A DNA stretch of 64,000 nucleotides from Balneolaceae bacterium (GCA_041656135.1 JBBAEC010000004.1:53460-117459); one strand, 5' to 3'. Shown: positions 46,545 to 56,762, counted from the stretch's first letter. Notes: generated by a model not told the origin, from the letters alone. Numbers and translations: made by a program.

Positions 46545-47630
46545 CTACTCAACCCAGTCCGCTGTAAAAACATTGGTATCTCTGGTTCCACCGTTATGAC
46601 GGTTAGATGAGAAAACAAGCTTTTTACCATCATGAGAGAACATTGGGAAGGAGTCGAAAGTATCATCAAAAGTAACTTGCTCTAATCCTGTACCGTCTGG
46701 GTTTATCATAAATAAGTTAAATGGAAATCCTCTTTCGGTATGGTGATTTGAGGAGAAAATAATCTTCTTGCCAGAAGGATGGAAAAATGGCGCCCAATTT
46801 GCATTTCCTAAGTTTGTAATTTGACGCATATTAGTACCATCTACATTCACTAAAAATAGCTCCATGTTAGTTGGTTCAACCAAACCTTGAGCTAGAAGAT
46901 CTTTGTACTTTTTAATCTCTTCGTCAGTTTTAGGGCGTGAAGCACGGAACAATAATTGCTTGCCATCTGGTGAGAAAAAAGCACCGCCATCGTAGCCTAG
47001 TTCATTTGTAACTTGGAATACGTTTGAGCCATCAATATCCATAGTATAAAGCTCTAAATCGCCAGAACGATTGGAAGTGAATACAATCTTATCACCTTGT
47101 GGAGATACGGTTGCTTCTGCATCGTAACTACGTGAATTTGTAAGAGTGTCTATAATTTCACCATTTTTATTAGCTCTATAAATATCGTAAGTATCATAAA
47201 TTGGCCAAACGTAAGCACTCCCTGGTTCACGTTCAGGCGCTTCAGGACAACTTATATCTTCCATATGAGTTGATCCATAAACAATAGTTTCATCTGGCAG
47301 AAAGTAAGCACAGGTAGTACGACCTAGGTTAGTGCTTATAATTGGTGGTTTTGAACTTGGTGTTTTTGGAGTGGTTGCATCCATATAAAATATTTGATCG
47401 CATCCATTTCCCCATTCTCTATTATTAGATTGAAATACGAGTTTCTTGTTGTCATAACTCCAATAGGCTTCTGCGTTGTCAGCACCAAAAGTCATCTGTT
47501 TTAAATTTCGTAAATGAACTTCTTGTTCATACTTCAGTGTGTCGGCTTCAGGGTTATAAGCGACTTCTTTTTTAGGTGTGCCGCAGCTTATAAATAGTAT
47601 AGCAGCGAATACAGGAACTAAAAACTTCAT
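46545..47630 (-). CDS. TolB-like periplasmic beta-propeller lipoprotein (PD40/WD40-like repeats)
   Basis: The ATG at 47630 gives MKFLVPVFAAILFISCG (lipobox). PD40 repeats recur (SPQGDKIVFTSNRSGDLELY, SPDGKQLLFRASR, HPSGKKIIFSSN, SHDGKKLVFSSNR). Confidence 0.75.
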   Translation of the reverse strand: MKFLVPVFAAILFISCGTPKKEVAYNPEADTLKYEQEVHLRNLKQMTFGADNAEAYWSYDNKKLVFQSNNREWGNGCDQIFYMDATTPKTPSSKPPIISTNLGRTTCAYFLPDETIVYGSTHMEDISCPEAPEREPGSAYVWPIYDTYDIYRANKNGEIIDTLTNSRSYDAEATVSPQGDKIVFTSNRSGDLELYTMDIDGSNVFQVTNELGYDGGAFFSPDGKQLLFRASRPKTDEEIKKYKDLLAQGLVEPTNMELFLVNVDGTNMRQITNLGNANWAPFFHPSGKKIIFSSNHHTERGFPFNLFMINPDGTGLEQVTFDDTFDSFPMFSHDGKKLVFSSNRHNGGTRDTNVFTADWVE

Positions 47631-47822
47631 AAATCTCCAATGTATTAAATTAATTTTACGACTAGCTACCAAATTATTGTGTTTATGTGAAGAAAATATG
47701 AAGGAGACAATTTAGCTCAGGATGGATAGAATTTGAATCTATTTTGAGAAGTATTAGAGAATGGAACTTATGGAGCTAGTTAGGCTTCAAATATTAAACG
47801 TAAATGAAACTAAACAAAGATT

Positions 47823-48254
47823 ATGAAAACGAGATTAATTTTAAGCCTTGTATTAGCAGGAGGGTTATTTCTTGCCTCTTGCAGCAACAAAACAAAAACG
47901 GAAAGTCAAAAATTAGGTGACCAAGTATCTAAAACTTTTGAATCTGCCAAAAGCGACATGCAAGAAACTAGAGAGGAGTTTGTAGCAGAGACTCAACAAA
48001 AGTTTAGCGAGTTTAATGTGAAAATAGACCAGTTAGAAAGTGATATAAAGAGCCAATCGAAGAAAGTAAGTAAAGAAACTCAAAAACAGATCGATGCTCT
48101 AAAAATGAAGCGAGACGAACTCAAGAAGGAATTAGATGAGTTAAATGAATCGAGCAAATCTAATTGGGAACAGTTAAAAACAGGCTTTGCGGACAAACTG
48201 GAAAATGCTAAAAAAGAGTACAACGAAATTCTCGAAAAACTCAAAACAGAGTAG
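47823..48254 (+). CDS. small helical/coiled-coil lipoprotein, unknown function
   Basis: Lipobox LFLASCSNK. The remainder is Lys/Glu/Gln-rich with heptad-like periodicity. Confidence 0.6.
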   Translation: MKTRLILSLVLAGGLFLASCSNKTKTESQKLGDQVSKTFESAKSDMQETREEFVAETQQKFSEFNVKIDQLESDIKSQSKKVSKETQKQIDALKMKRDELKKELDELNESSKSNWEQLKTGFADKLENAKKEYNEILEKLKTE

Positions 48255-48339
48255 AAGAATTGAGATTTATGGCATAAGATGTAAGAAAATTAGATGACTC
48301 ATTGGTAAAAATTACATTCGAAATTCCTGCCCCACCGCT

Positions 48340-49839
48340 TTACCTTTCTCTACCTGTAGATAATAATTCAAGTGCTTGGGTTAATATATCTTTACCAAAA
48401 TGGAAGAAGCGTTCTTGATTTCCCATCCCCAAATATCGAAGAACCTGCCTAAGCTCTGTAAGTAACACAGGGGGACGGGTAACTAAAGAATCTTGTGCAA
48501 TTATATAATCCCAATCAAGAGGTTTTTGGAATTTGACTCCAGCTTGACGCATCACTTCGCGATACACATTTGCCATTAACCCATACGCAATAGTTGTTGG
48601 ATGTAGCCCATCTAAGCTAAAAATCCCACCTTTGTAGATTTTGCCAGTATCTTTATGGGCGCGAATAAAATCAGTTGTGAGTGTAACTTCGCCCTGTTCA
48701 TTTACTAAATGTTCGGTAGCTGGATTTCGTTTTAGTGCGGCAGCAAAGTCGGCAGGATAGCTCCGCAAAATTTCACCACCTAAACGACGATGTGCCATAG
48801 CGGCTACATTCTTAGCCATTGGAACTACAAACCAACCATATTCCTTAGCAATTTTACGAATTATTGAATTGTAGGCATCAACAGCTAAATCAACTTGAAT
48901 AGCTTCGTCTTTTGTTAAATGGGGATGTTTATCAGGATTAAAATCGGCATCCCAAATCCAAAAACGAGTGTAATAATCGAAATAACCAAGGCTTTTACTA
49001 GAGATGCTTGAATTTACGCCCCTACAAACGGGGGGAATGGTTGGGTAGGGAATGGTGGGTACAAAAACACGTTTTGCATTTAGTTTAGATACGCGTTCAG
49101 CCATATCCCTATATTCTTGTTCAAAATGCTCAGGCCTGTAAATTGAATACTTTCTATCGGCAGTGAAGCCTGTTAAATCCTCTGGCTCAGACCAAGTAAA
49201 TCTTAAATTTACAACGGCACCAAGCCCATTATTATGCCCTAAACAAACTATTAAATTTTCGATACCACCATCTTTGCTTAAAATCTCAGCATTTTTAAGT
49301 TGAGTGTTTTCAGCACATTTGTTACCTAGAGTTGGATTTAGTACAAGCCTTGCGGTAGTATATTTTGCATGCACGGGTAACATTCCAAATACTGAAAGCT
49401 TGTCTTTATTATTTTGAATGTATTCACGGCTATTTTTAGCGTTTACAATCCAGGAATCGTTAATAGCAAAACCCCAAATAGATTGATTATGAAAAGGAGT
49501 GGCCTGATCTATAGCTAAACTTTTCATTCCTCCTTCCCAATATTTTTTAATTCGCTTTAAAGTTTTAAAGGTAGAAGAAGCAACTCCCATATACTCATTC
49601 CATTCGATTTCTGGGCCAAACTCGTCAGATAGTCCACGCAGAAGAACCTCTAGGTTTAGAGGAATACCTGCCTGTGCAGTAAAACGAGGTTGGTCGAATG
49701 CAGGCTCAGGGTCGAAGCAGCGCGTAATAAAAGCTGGGAAACTAAGATCTGTTCTATAAATACCACCATTGCTAAAACCTTGCGAAAGACTATCGCCTAT
49801 AACAACTAATTTATGTTTAGCTTCTTTTGTTTTAAACAT
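48340..49839 (-). CDS. SGNH/GDSL-type hydrolase domain protein, unknown substrate
   Basis: N-terminal block I VVIGDSLSQGFSNGG is present. Later blocks are plausible (LGHNNG, and near the C-terminus DGLHPT resembling block V DxxH). No signal peptide is seen. At 499 aa it is unusually large. Confidence 0.6.
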   Translation of the reverse strand: MFKTKEAKHKLVVIGDSLSQGFSNGGIYRTDLSFPAFITRCFDPEPAFDQPRFTAQAGIPLNLEVLLRGLSDEFGPEIEWNEYMGVASSTFKTLKRIKKYWEGGMKSLAIDQATPFHNQSIWGFAINDSWIVNAKNSREYIQNNKDKLSVFGMLPVHAKYTTARLVLNPTLGNKCAENTQLKNAEILSKDGGIENLIVCLGHNNGLGAVVNLRFTWSEPEDLTGFTADRKYSIYRPEHFEQEYRDMAERVSKLNAKRVFVPTIPYPTIPPVCRGVNSSISSKSLGYFDYYTRFWIWDADFNPDKHPHLTKDEAIQVDLAVDAYNSIIRKIAKEYGWFVVPMAKNVAAMAHRRLGGEILRSYPADFAAALKRNPATEHLVNEQGEVTLTTDFIRAHKDTGKIYKGGIFSLDGLHPTTIAYGLMANVYREVMRQAGVKFQKPLDWDYIIAQDSLVTRPPVLLTELRQVLRYLGMGNQERFFHFGKDILTQALELLSTGRER

Positions 49840-50036
49840 GGCAAAAATTTTGTGCTAATAATATAAATATAATGGTGATTCAGTTTGGAATTATGATGCT
49901 GAAAGTTGTTGAATATTCTAGTAAATCACTAAAGCAGAGATAACAAAATTAATGTAATTTGGGAATAGTATTTTATTACTGAATTAATACAAAACTATAC
50001 TCTCAAAGATTGAGAATTAAACCAGTTATTAGCGCT

Positions 50037-50405
50037 ATGAGTTCATCTGATCCCAAAAACCGTCTGCAGCAATTCCGAGAAAAAAGAGCCATTATGAACG
50101 ATAAAGTGATGGATTTAGATCACCTTGGAGTGAAGCGTTTCTTTAATATGGATACGAATACCTATAGAGACGGAGCGCTAGATACTAAAACTAAAGAGCT
50201 GTTAGGTTTGGTTGCTTCATCGGTATTGCGCTGCAACGATTGCATCGATTATCATTTAGAACAATGCGCCAAAGTTGGATATACCAAAGATGAGATTATA
50301 GATGCTATGAATGTGGCCTTAATTGTAGGCGGCAGTATTGTAATACCCCATCTTCGCCACGCCGTAGAAACCCTAGAATTCTTAGAAGAAGAAGGCAGTT
50401 TGTAG
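50037..50405 (+). CDS. carboxymuconolactone decarboxylase/AhpD-like family protein
   Basis: ELLGLVASSVLRCNDCIDYHLEQ carries the AhpD-like CxxC..H motif. The ATG at 50037 is preferred over the TTG at 50010. Confidence 0.75.
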   Translation: MSSSDPKNRLQQFREKRAIMNDKVMDLDHLGVKRFFNMDTNTYRDGALDTKTKELLGLVASSVLRCNDCIDYHLEQCAKVGYTKDEIIDAMNVALIVGGSIVIPHLRHAVETLEFLEEEGSL

Positions 50406-50420
50406 GGGGCGTGATGCATA

Positions 50421-50600
50421 GCTATTAATATGTCGCCGCGCTGCGGCTGAATGGATATCCTATTCATAGATTATGCAGGTTAAAGGCATGGATTTGAATA
50501 GTATAAGCGGTCTATTCAGCTCTGGAGGAGCGACATATTAATAGCAAAATTAATCCCTACCTAAAATCCTAAGCTCCAGCGGAGCGACACCAAATATAGG
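50421..50600. repeat. family D inverted repeat pair plus a third partial copy
   Basis: gctattaatatgtcgc (50421-50436) and gcgacatattaatagc (50530-50545) are perfect 16-nt inverted arms. They sit within longer imperfect arms (…ctgcggctgaat / attcagctctgg…). A partial copy, aagctccagcggagcgacaccaaatatagg, lies at 50571-50600. Related to 10959-10985. Confidence 0.75.
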
Positions 50601-50753
50601 TATTGGTAAGGATAGCTGTCGTAGGTATACCGGTTTTGGCTAAAGCCAAGAGAGTGGGTGGGCAAGTGTGAACGGGCTAAAACCCGTACCTATTGAGGTA
50701 TTCGATATTGATAATTATATCCATATCCATATCAGCATTACTATGAATTCATC

Positions 50754-53159
50754 CTACTTCAACGTTACAATGGTGCAGCCAGCACCGCCGCGGTCTTCGT
50801 TGGCTAGTTTGATGTTTTTCACATCCTTGCGTTCATTTAGATAGCTATGAATTTGATCTTTCAGGATGCCATCTCCCAAACCATGGATTATTTCAACTTG
50901 TTGCAAACCATGAAACAGTGCTCGGTCTATATAATGTGTTACCTCATTGATGGCTTTCTCGGTGCGGAAACCACGTAGATCAATAGAGGGCTTCATAGCT
51001 TCTTTTAGAGAAGAATCTTGGTCGAGCACTACTCTTGAGCGTAATTTTTCCTTCTTTTTGTTTTGAATATGAACTTTAACCAGGTTTTTGTACTTGGTTT
51101 TAAGGCGCAATCCATCGGCTTGAACAACTGCCTGACTTCCTTTCAGTTCCACTAATTCACCCGTAGTGTTACCATCTAAAAAGCGAACGAAATCGCCTAT
51201 TTTTGGTGGCTTTGTATTTTTTAAAGAGCGAGCATCTCGTTTATCTTTAATTTTACTAAGTGAGGAATCAATAGAAGCTTTTTCCTTTTCAATTCCAGAA
51301 CGGATTTCTTTAATCTGCTCTTTGTCGTACAACTGCTGTTCAGCAATTTGCTCAACCGCTTGTTCAATGCGTTTATTAGCAGTGTCCATTATTGCTTTAG
51401 CTTCAATAAGTGCTTTCTGCTTAATCTTTTCCTTCTCATTATTTAAGGCGTCTAGTTGACTCAAATACCTATTTCTATCTGATTCAGCCTTGGCTTGCAA
51501 TCCTTCAAACTTCTGTTTTAACTCGTTGGCTTGTTGTGTTTTATTTTCAAGTTCTGTGATAAGCGATTCCATTTTGTTTTTCGCCTCGCCTAATAATTGT
51601 CTTGAACGTGCTAATACCTGTTTTTTAATGTTCATACGCTCGGCAATTTCAAAAGCGTAGCTACTACCTGGTATTCCTTTCTTAAATCTATATGTAGGGG
51701 AGAGGCTCGTTTGATCGAACTCCATGGAGCCGTTCACCGCAAGCGGATGTTCGTGTGCAAATACCTTGAGCGAGCCATGGTGAGTGGTTACAATTACCTT
51801 GCTTGGGCGCTCTAATAGGTATTCAATAAAAGCCTGGAAAAGTGCTCCACCTTCTTCAGGATCGGTTCCTGCCGCAGCTTCATCTATAAGAATAAGCGAA
51901 TTATCTTCAAAATTATCTATGGTTTCTTGCATCCATTGCAACCGAGATGAAAAGGTACTAAGATCATCCTCAATAGATTGGTCATCACCTAAATCTACAA
52001 AAACGCCATTAAAAACTGGCATTTCAGAAGTTGGGTCGGCAGGAATTGCGTAGCCAGATTGTAGCATCAACGTCAAAATGCCCACCGTTTTCATAGCCAC
52101 TGATTTACCACCCGCATTAGGGCCGGTAATCATAAGGCATTGCTCTTCTGGACTAAGATCCAGAAATAGAGGAACAATCTCTGCTCTATCAGCCTTTGGG
52201 AGCAGTTGATTTTTTAGTAATAAATTGGTGTTGAATGCTTTTTTAAGCTTTAAGCTCTGATTGGTTGATATAATTGGCATATCAGCATCCAGTTTTATGG
52301 AAACTTTTGCTTTAGCAACAATCAGATCGATCTTTGCAAGACTCTCTAAATTTTGGCTGATAAATGAACTGTTGGAGCGAATGTGGTTGGTTAACTCGCG
52401 TAGGATTCGTTCAATTTCTTGTCGCTCTTCTGCTTCAAATTGGCGGATTTCATTGTTAAGATGCAGAGCTTCTACAGGTTCTAAATAAACGGTTTGGCCA
52501 GTGGAGGAGACATCATGTATAAAACCTTGAATCTTCCGTTTATATTCAGCCAATACAGGAATTACCATTCGTCCGTTACGGATAGTAGCGCCTTCTTCCG
52601 AAGCCATTCCATCTTTAACAGCGGTACGCATTAAGCGGTTGATGGTAGTTCGTAATTCGTTCTTTTTACCATTAAGTTTTGAACGAATGGAGCGTAGTTT
52701 TGGGCTGGCATCATCTCTTAACTCACCATTTTCTGTAACAACAGCGCTAATATATTTTTCTAAATCCTTTAGAGGAATGAGTTCCTCGGCAATGGATGAA
52801 AGCTGAGGAGAATCTTCAGAAAGTGGACGAAAGAAGCTTTTTACGAATCGAGCTGTTTTAATCAGACGTTGGATATCAACAAATGCGGGCAACGGAATCA
52901 AACTTCCAACCGCTTTTGATTGCCTGAGATATGGACGTACATCTGGCAACTCTACCATGGGAAATGGTTCTGGATCGCGCAAAATGCGCATCATTTCATC
53001 AGTTTCTGCAAGTAACCTAAGTACCGTAGTGTGATGGCTGGTAGGATAAAGTTCGTTGATTAATTCTTGAGTACGTACCGATTGCGTTAATTTGTGCGTT
53101 GCATGCCGCAATTGTTCGTAGCCAAGTTTTTCTAATAAGGTATTTGGGTAAAGCTTCAT
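50754..53159 (-). CDS. mutS2: endonuclease MutS2 (MutS domain + C-terminal Smr)
   Basis: Walker A ITGPNAGGKSVAMKTVG, DE box LILIDEAAAGTDP, a long coiled-coil linker, and a C-terminal Smr domain (IDLRGFRTEKA...VEIIHGLGDGILK). Confidence 0.9.
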   Translation of the reverse strand: MKLYPNTLLEKLGYEQLRHATHKLTQSVRTQELINELYPTSHHTTVLRLLAETDEMMRILRDPEPFPMVELPDVRPYLRQSKAVGSLIPLPAFVDIQRLIKTARFVKSFFRPLSEDSPQLSSIAEELIPLKDLEKYISAVVTENGELRDDASPKLRSIRSKLNGKKNELRTTINRLMRTAVKDGMASEEGATIRNGRMVIPVLAEYKRKIQGFIHDVSSTGQTVYLEPVEALHLNNEIRQFEAEERQEIERILRELTNHIRSNSSFISQNLESLAKIDLIVAKAKVSIKLDADMPIISTNQSLKLKKAFNTNLLLKNQLLPKADRAEIVPLFLDLSPEEQCLMITGPNAGGKSVAMKTVGILTLMLQSGYAIPADPTSEMPVFNGVFVDLGDDQSIEDDLSTFSSRLQWMQETIDNFEDNSLILIDEAAAGTDPEEGGALFQAFIEYLLERPSKVIVTTHHGSLKVFAHEHPLAVNGSMEFDQTSLSPTYRFKKGIPGSSYAFEIAERMNIKKQVLARSRQLLGEAKNKMESLITELENKTQQANELKQKFEGLQAKAESDRNRYLSQLDALNNEKEKIKQKALIEAKAIMDTANKRIEQAVEQIAEQQLYDKEQIKEIRSGIEKEKASIDSSLSKIKDKRDARSLKNTKPPKIGDFVRFLDGNTTGELVELKGSQAVVQADGLRLKTKYKNLVKVHIQNKKKEKLRSRVVLDQDSSLKEAMKPSIDLRGFRTEKAINEVTHYIDRALFHGLQQVEIIHGLGDGILKDQIHSYLNERKDVKNIKLANEDRGGAGCTIVTLK

Positions 53160-53221
53160 CAGTAAATTTAAAAATTTTGCCTTAGGTTAAGCACTCAAAG
53201 ATAACTCTAAAAAAGAACGCT

Positions 53222-54001
53222 ATGAAACTTCCTATTTATCAGGTTGATGCCTTTTCTAAGAATGTATTTGGTGGGAACCCAGCCGCTGTTTGTCCTTTGG
53301 GGGAATGGTTACCAAGTGAGCTGATGCAAAAACTAGCGATGGAAAATAATCTATCAGAAACGGCATTTATTGTGCCAGAAAAAGATGGTTATGGATTGCG
53401 GTGGTTTACCCCAACTACGGAGGTAGATCTTTGTGGGCATGCAACTTTAGCCACAGCACATGTGCTTTTTGAGCATTTAGCGTATCCCAAAAAAGAAATT
53501 AATTTCTATACTAAAAGTGGAAAGTTGGTGGTGCAAAAGGAGGGAGATCGGTTGATGATGGATTTCCCAGCAGATAAAATGGAAAAGGTGGTAGCACCGC
53601 CCATTTTGTTGCAAAGTATAGGAGTAAAAGAAGGGGATGTGTATCGATCAGATGATTATATGGTGGTGTTGCAGGACGAAGAGCAAGTGGCGAGTTTAGA
53701 GCCGAATTTCAGCATGCTAGCCGAAGTGGATGCGCGGGGAGTGATTGTAACTGCTCCTGGAAAATCGGTAAATTTTGTATCTCGGTTTTTTGCGCCACAA
53801 TCTGGCATTAATGAAGATCCTGTCACAGGCTCGGCTCACACAAAATTAGTTCCCTATTGGGCTCAACGCTTAGGGAAAAATGAATTAGAAGCGCGACAAA
53901 TTTCGAAAAGAGGAGGAGATTTAAGCTGTAGACTAAAAGGAGATCGCGTAGAAATATTAGGTCATGCTGCCACCTATTTGACAGGGGAAATTGAGTTTTA
54001 A
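53222..54001 (+). CDS. PhzF family isomerase-like protein
   Basis: MKLPIYQVDAFSKNVFGGNPAAVC, NLSETAF, FTP..EVDLCGHATLA and EDPVTGSAH are PhzF-family signatures. Confidence 0.85.
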   Translation: MKLPIYQVDAFSKNVFGGNPAAVCPLGEWLPSELMQKLAMENNLSETAFIVPEKDGYGLRWFTPTTEVDLCGHATLATAHVLFEHLAYPKKEINFYTKSGKLVVQKEGDRLMMDFPADKMEKVVAPPILLQSIGVKEGDVYRSDDYMVVLQDEEQVASLEPNFSMLAEVDARGVIVTAPGKSVNFVSRFFAPQSGINEDPVTGSAHTKLVPYWAQRLGKNELEARQISKRGGDLSCRLKGDRVEILGHAATYLTGEIEF

Positions 54002-54099
54002 TCGGAATTAGGCTTTTAAAATACATCACTACAAAAGCATCGATATTTTTAAAAACTGGTGTGGTTGTGACATAAAGTGGGAATGGATACTTTCATACT

Positions 54100-55240
54100 A
54101 TGAAAATTGGATACATAACAAAGGAATCGCCGCATAATGTAAGGGTTTATTCGGGCACTCACTTCAATATGCTTCAAGCCTTGCAAAAACAATTTGATGA
54201 TGTTGCTGTATTAGGGTCTATTGATCATCCATATAAAAATATTGCAAAACTTAAGGGACGTGCATTAAGAATTCTTGATAAAAGGATATATAAATATCAA
54301 TATAATGTGGGGCTTGCCAAGAGGATGGCTGCAATTCTAGATAAAAGGATTGAGACAGCTAAACCAGATGTGTTGTTGGGGTCGTTGGTGAGTCCGGAAG
54401 TTGCATTTCTAAAAAGTAAATTACCCTTATTTCTTACAACAGATGCCACCTTCCCTTTATTGAATGATGTTTATGCTAGTCATTCGAACCTTAGTAAAAT
54501 CAGTATTAAAAACGCTACGCAATTAGAGAGGATGGCTTTTGAAAAAGCTACTAAACTTATTTTGCCACTGAAATGGTTAGCTGATTCAGCTATGAGCGAA
54601 TATGGAATATCAAGTTGTAAAATTGCGGTTGTGCCTTATGGCTCCAATTTAGATTTCCATGCGTCAGAAGCTGAAATAAGCGAGATGATTACAAGGTGTA
54701 TTTCAGGCGCAAAGCTTAAGCTGCTTTTTGTAGGGGTGCGGTGGGAAGAAAAGGGCGGACCTTTTGCTGTTGAAGTGCTGAAGAAAATACTTTCAAAGGG
54801 AGTAGAAGCAGAGTTGCTTGTAATTGGTTGTAGCCCAGAAGTTCCAAATAAACTTGATGAAGTAAAAATATTAGGTTTCCTAGATAAAGAGAATGAACTA
54901 GGGTTAAGTATTTTAAAGAAAAGTTATGAAGAGGCTAGTTTTTTTCTGTTACCTACAAAAGCAGAATGTATAGGAATGTCTTTTATCGAAGCTGCCTCAT
55001 ATGGATTACCTGCAATTGGTACTAATGTAGGGGGAGTTCCTGAAGCGGTAATTCATGAAAAAACTGGCTACATCTGCGAGGAAACGAGTACCCCTGAAGA
55101 AAATTGCGGAATGGGTGGTACATACTTGGAATGACTCAAATAAATATTCTGAGTTATCTCATAATGCCTATTCAAGATTTATAAATACCTTGAACTGGGA
55201 TAGTTGGGGTGAAAGAGTAAAAGAAATAATTGATGCATAG
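54100..55240 (+). pseudogene. family 4 glycosyltransferase, reading frame broken near the 3' end by a 1-nt shift
   Basis: GT4 C-terminal motifs are present (FLLPTKAECIGMSFIEAASYGLPAIGTNVGGVPEAVIHEKTGYI). Frame 1 stops at 55134. The expected C-terminus (..IAEWVVHTWNDSNKYSELSHNAYSRFINTLNWDSWGERVKEII) continues in the +1 frame to 55240. The shift maps to the A-run gaagAAAAtt at 55100-55103. Confidence 0.7.
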
Positions 55241-55247
55241 GATTGAA

Positions 55248-55284
55248 TAAAAAAAGAAGCCACTTATCGGGTGGCTTCTTTTGT
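55248..55284. terminator. bidirectional rho-independent terminator
   Basis: A-run, then aagaagccac (55254-55263) / gtggcttctt (55271-55280) 10-bp stem with a 7-nt loop, then T-rich sequence. It lies between the convergent GT4 and ftsZ genes. Confidence 0.75.
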
Positions 55285-55418
55285 TGTTAGCAATCTATAG
55301 CCTATCTGTAAAAAACAGACAATGAGCTATAATCCAGTAAAATCAATGTACTATTCCATTGGAGACGCCTTTTTGTGGTGTCTCGTAATTACCAACGCTA
55401 AAAATTACGCAAAAAGGA

Positions 55419-56762
55419 TTAATCCATAATTTTGCGTAAAAATGCTGGCTGATCAGAGTCGTCTTTCTTTATGCGTTCTGATCGAGCTTGAAAAGGCGCA
55501 ATATTATCTTTTGGCGCTTGTCTTTCTTCTGCATCATAGGCGCTTTCACCAAAATCATTTGGTTCTTCACGGTGTGCAATGTCTTCATTTTTAGCTGCAA
55601 GATCGCGACGTAAATAAGAAGGAGTGTCTAGTCTTTTTAGGTTTCCTTCACCTTTATAATAATCGCTTGTTGTGCGATGTATATGGGTGGGAATGTCGTC
55701 ACTCTTTTTAGTTTGTGCACGAGCTACATTTTCTGCAGCAGTTTTTAAAGGAGCATTAGGGGCTACTTTTACAGTAGTGCGATCTTCGGTTAGCTCAAAG
55801 CCAGTTGCAATAACTGTAACTCTAATTTCTTCACCAAAAGTTTCTTCTAATACTGTTCCTAATATAATTTCTGCATTATCGCCCGCTTCCTGCTGAACAA
55901 TACTTGTTGCAGTAGTAGTTTCACGCATTCCAAGATTAGAGCCTGCAGAAATATTAACAAGTACGCTTCTTGCGCCACGGATGCTAACGCCATCAAGTAA
56001 AGGGGAATTGATTGCTGCACGAGCGGCCATTTCTGCACGGTCTGGCCCTGATGCAGTAGCAGAGCCCATAATTGCAGCACCGCCATCGGTCATGGTAGTT
56101 CTAACATCTGCAAAGTCAAGGTTAATTAGACCTGGCATTAGAATTAGATCGCTTATACCACGTGTTGCGTTGTAAAGCACTTCGTTGGCAAGAGCAAATG
56201 CTTCTACTAACGATGTGTTTTCGTCGGCAATATCGAGCAACCGCTCATTTGGAATAACGATGACTGTATCACAATTCTTTTTAAGCTCTGTAATACCTTC
56301 AAGTGCATAACGTTTACGAATTTTACCTTCGCATTCGAACGGAGTGGTGATTATACCAACTGTTAAAATTCCTTTTCGTTTTGCCATGCCTGCAACAACG
56401 GGGGCACCACCAGTTCCGGTTCCTCCACCCATACCAGCAGTCACAAAAATCATGTCGGCAGTTTCAATTGCCTCTTCAATTTCATGTCTGTTTTCTTCAA
56501 TAGCCTCACGACCAACTTCTGGTCTTGCGCCTGCACCCAATCCATTGGTAAGAGTAGTTCCTACCTGAATTTTGATGTTTGCCTTGCTATTTTTTAAAGC
56601 TTGGGCATCGGTATTAAGTGCGATATACTCTACACTGTCGAGACCCATATTAATCATATTATTGATAGCGTTTCCGCCACCTCCACCAACGCCAACTACT
56701 TTAATCTTAGCGTTTTCTTGGCTTTGTTCGTCAAAAATGAAACGAGTATTATGGTTAGCCAT
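55419..56762 (-). CDS. ftsZ: cell division GTPase FtsZ
   Basis: Tubulin signature GGGTGTGGAPVVA, NTDAQAL, and the conserved C-terminal peptide DQPAFLRKIMD after a long linker. Confidence 0.97.
   Translation of the reverse strand: MANHNTRFIFDEQSQENAKIKVVGVGGGGGNAINNMINMGLDSVEYIALNTDAQALKNSKANIKIQVGTTLTNGLGAGARPEVGREAIEENRHEIEEAIETADMIFVTAGMGGGTGTGGAPVVAGMAKRKGILTVGIITTPFECEGKIRKRYALEGITELKKNCDTVIVIPNERLLDIADENTSLVEAFALANEVLYNATRGISDLILMPGLINLDFADVRTTMTDGGAAIMGSATASGPDRAEMAARAAINSPLLDGVSIRGARSVLVNISAGSNLGMRETTTATSIVQQEAGDNAEIILGTVLEETFGEEIRVTVIATGFELTEDRTTVKVAPNAPLKTAAENVARAQTKKSDDIPTHIHRTTSDYYKGEGNLKRLDTPSYLRRDLAAKNEDIAHREEPNDFGESAYDAEERQAPKDNIAPFQARSERIKKDDSDQPAFLRKIMD

Noticed and set aside
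55055-55240. 61-aa ORF as an independent small gene
   Set aside because: It is the out-of-frame C-terminus of the GT4 glycosyltransferase and is reported as a frameshift instead.
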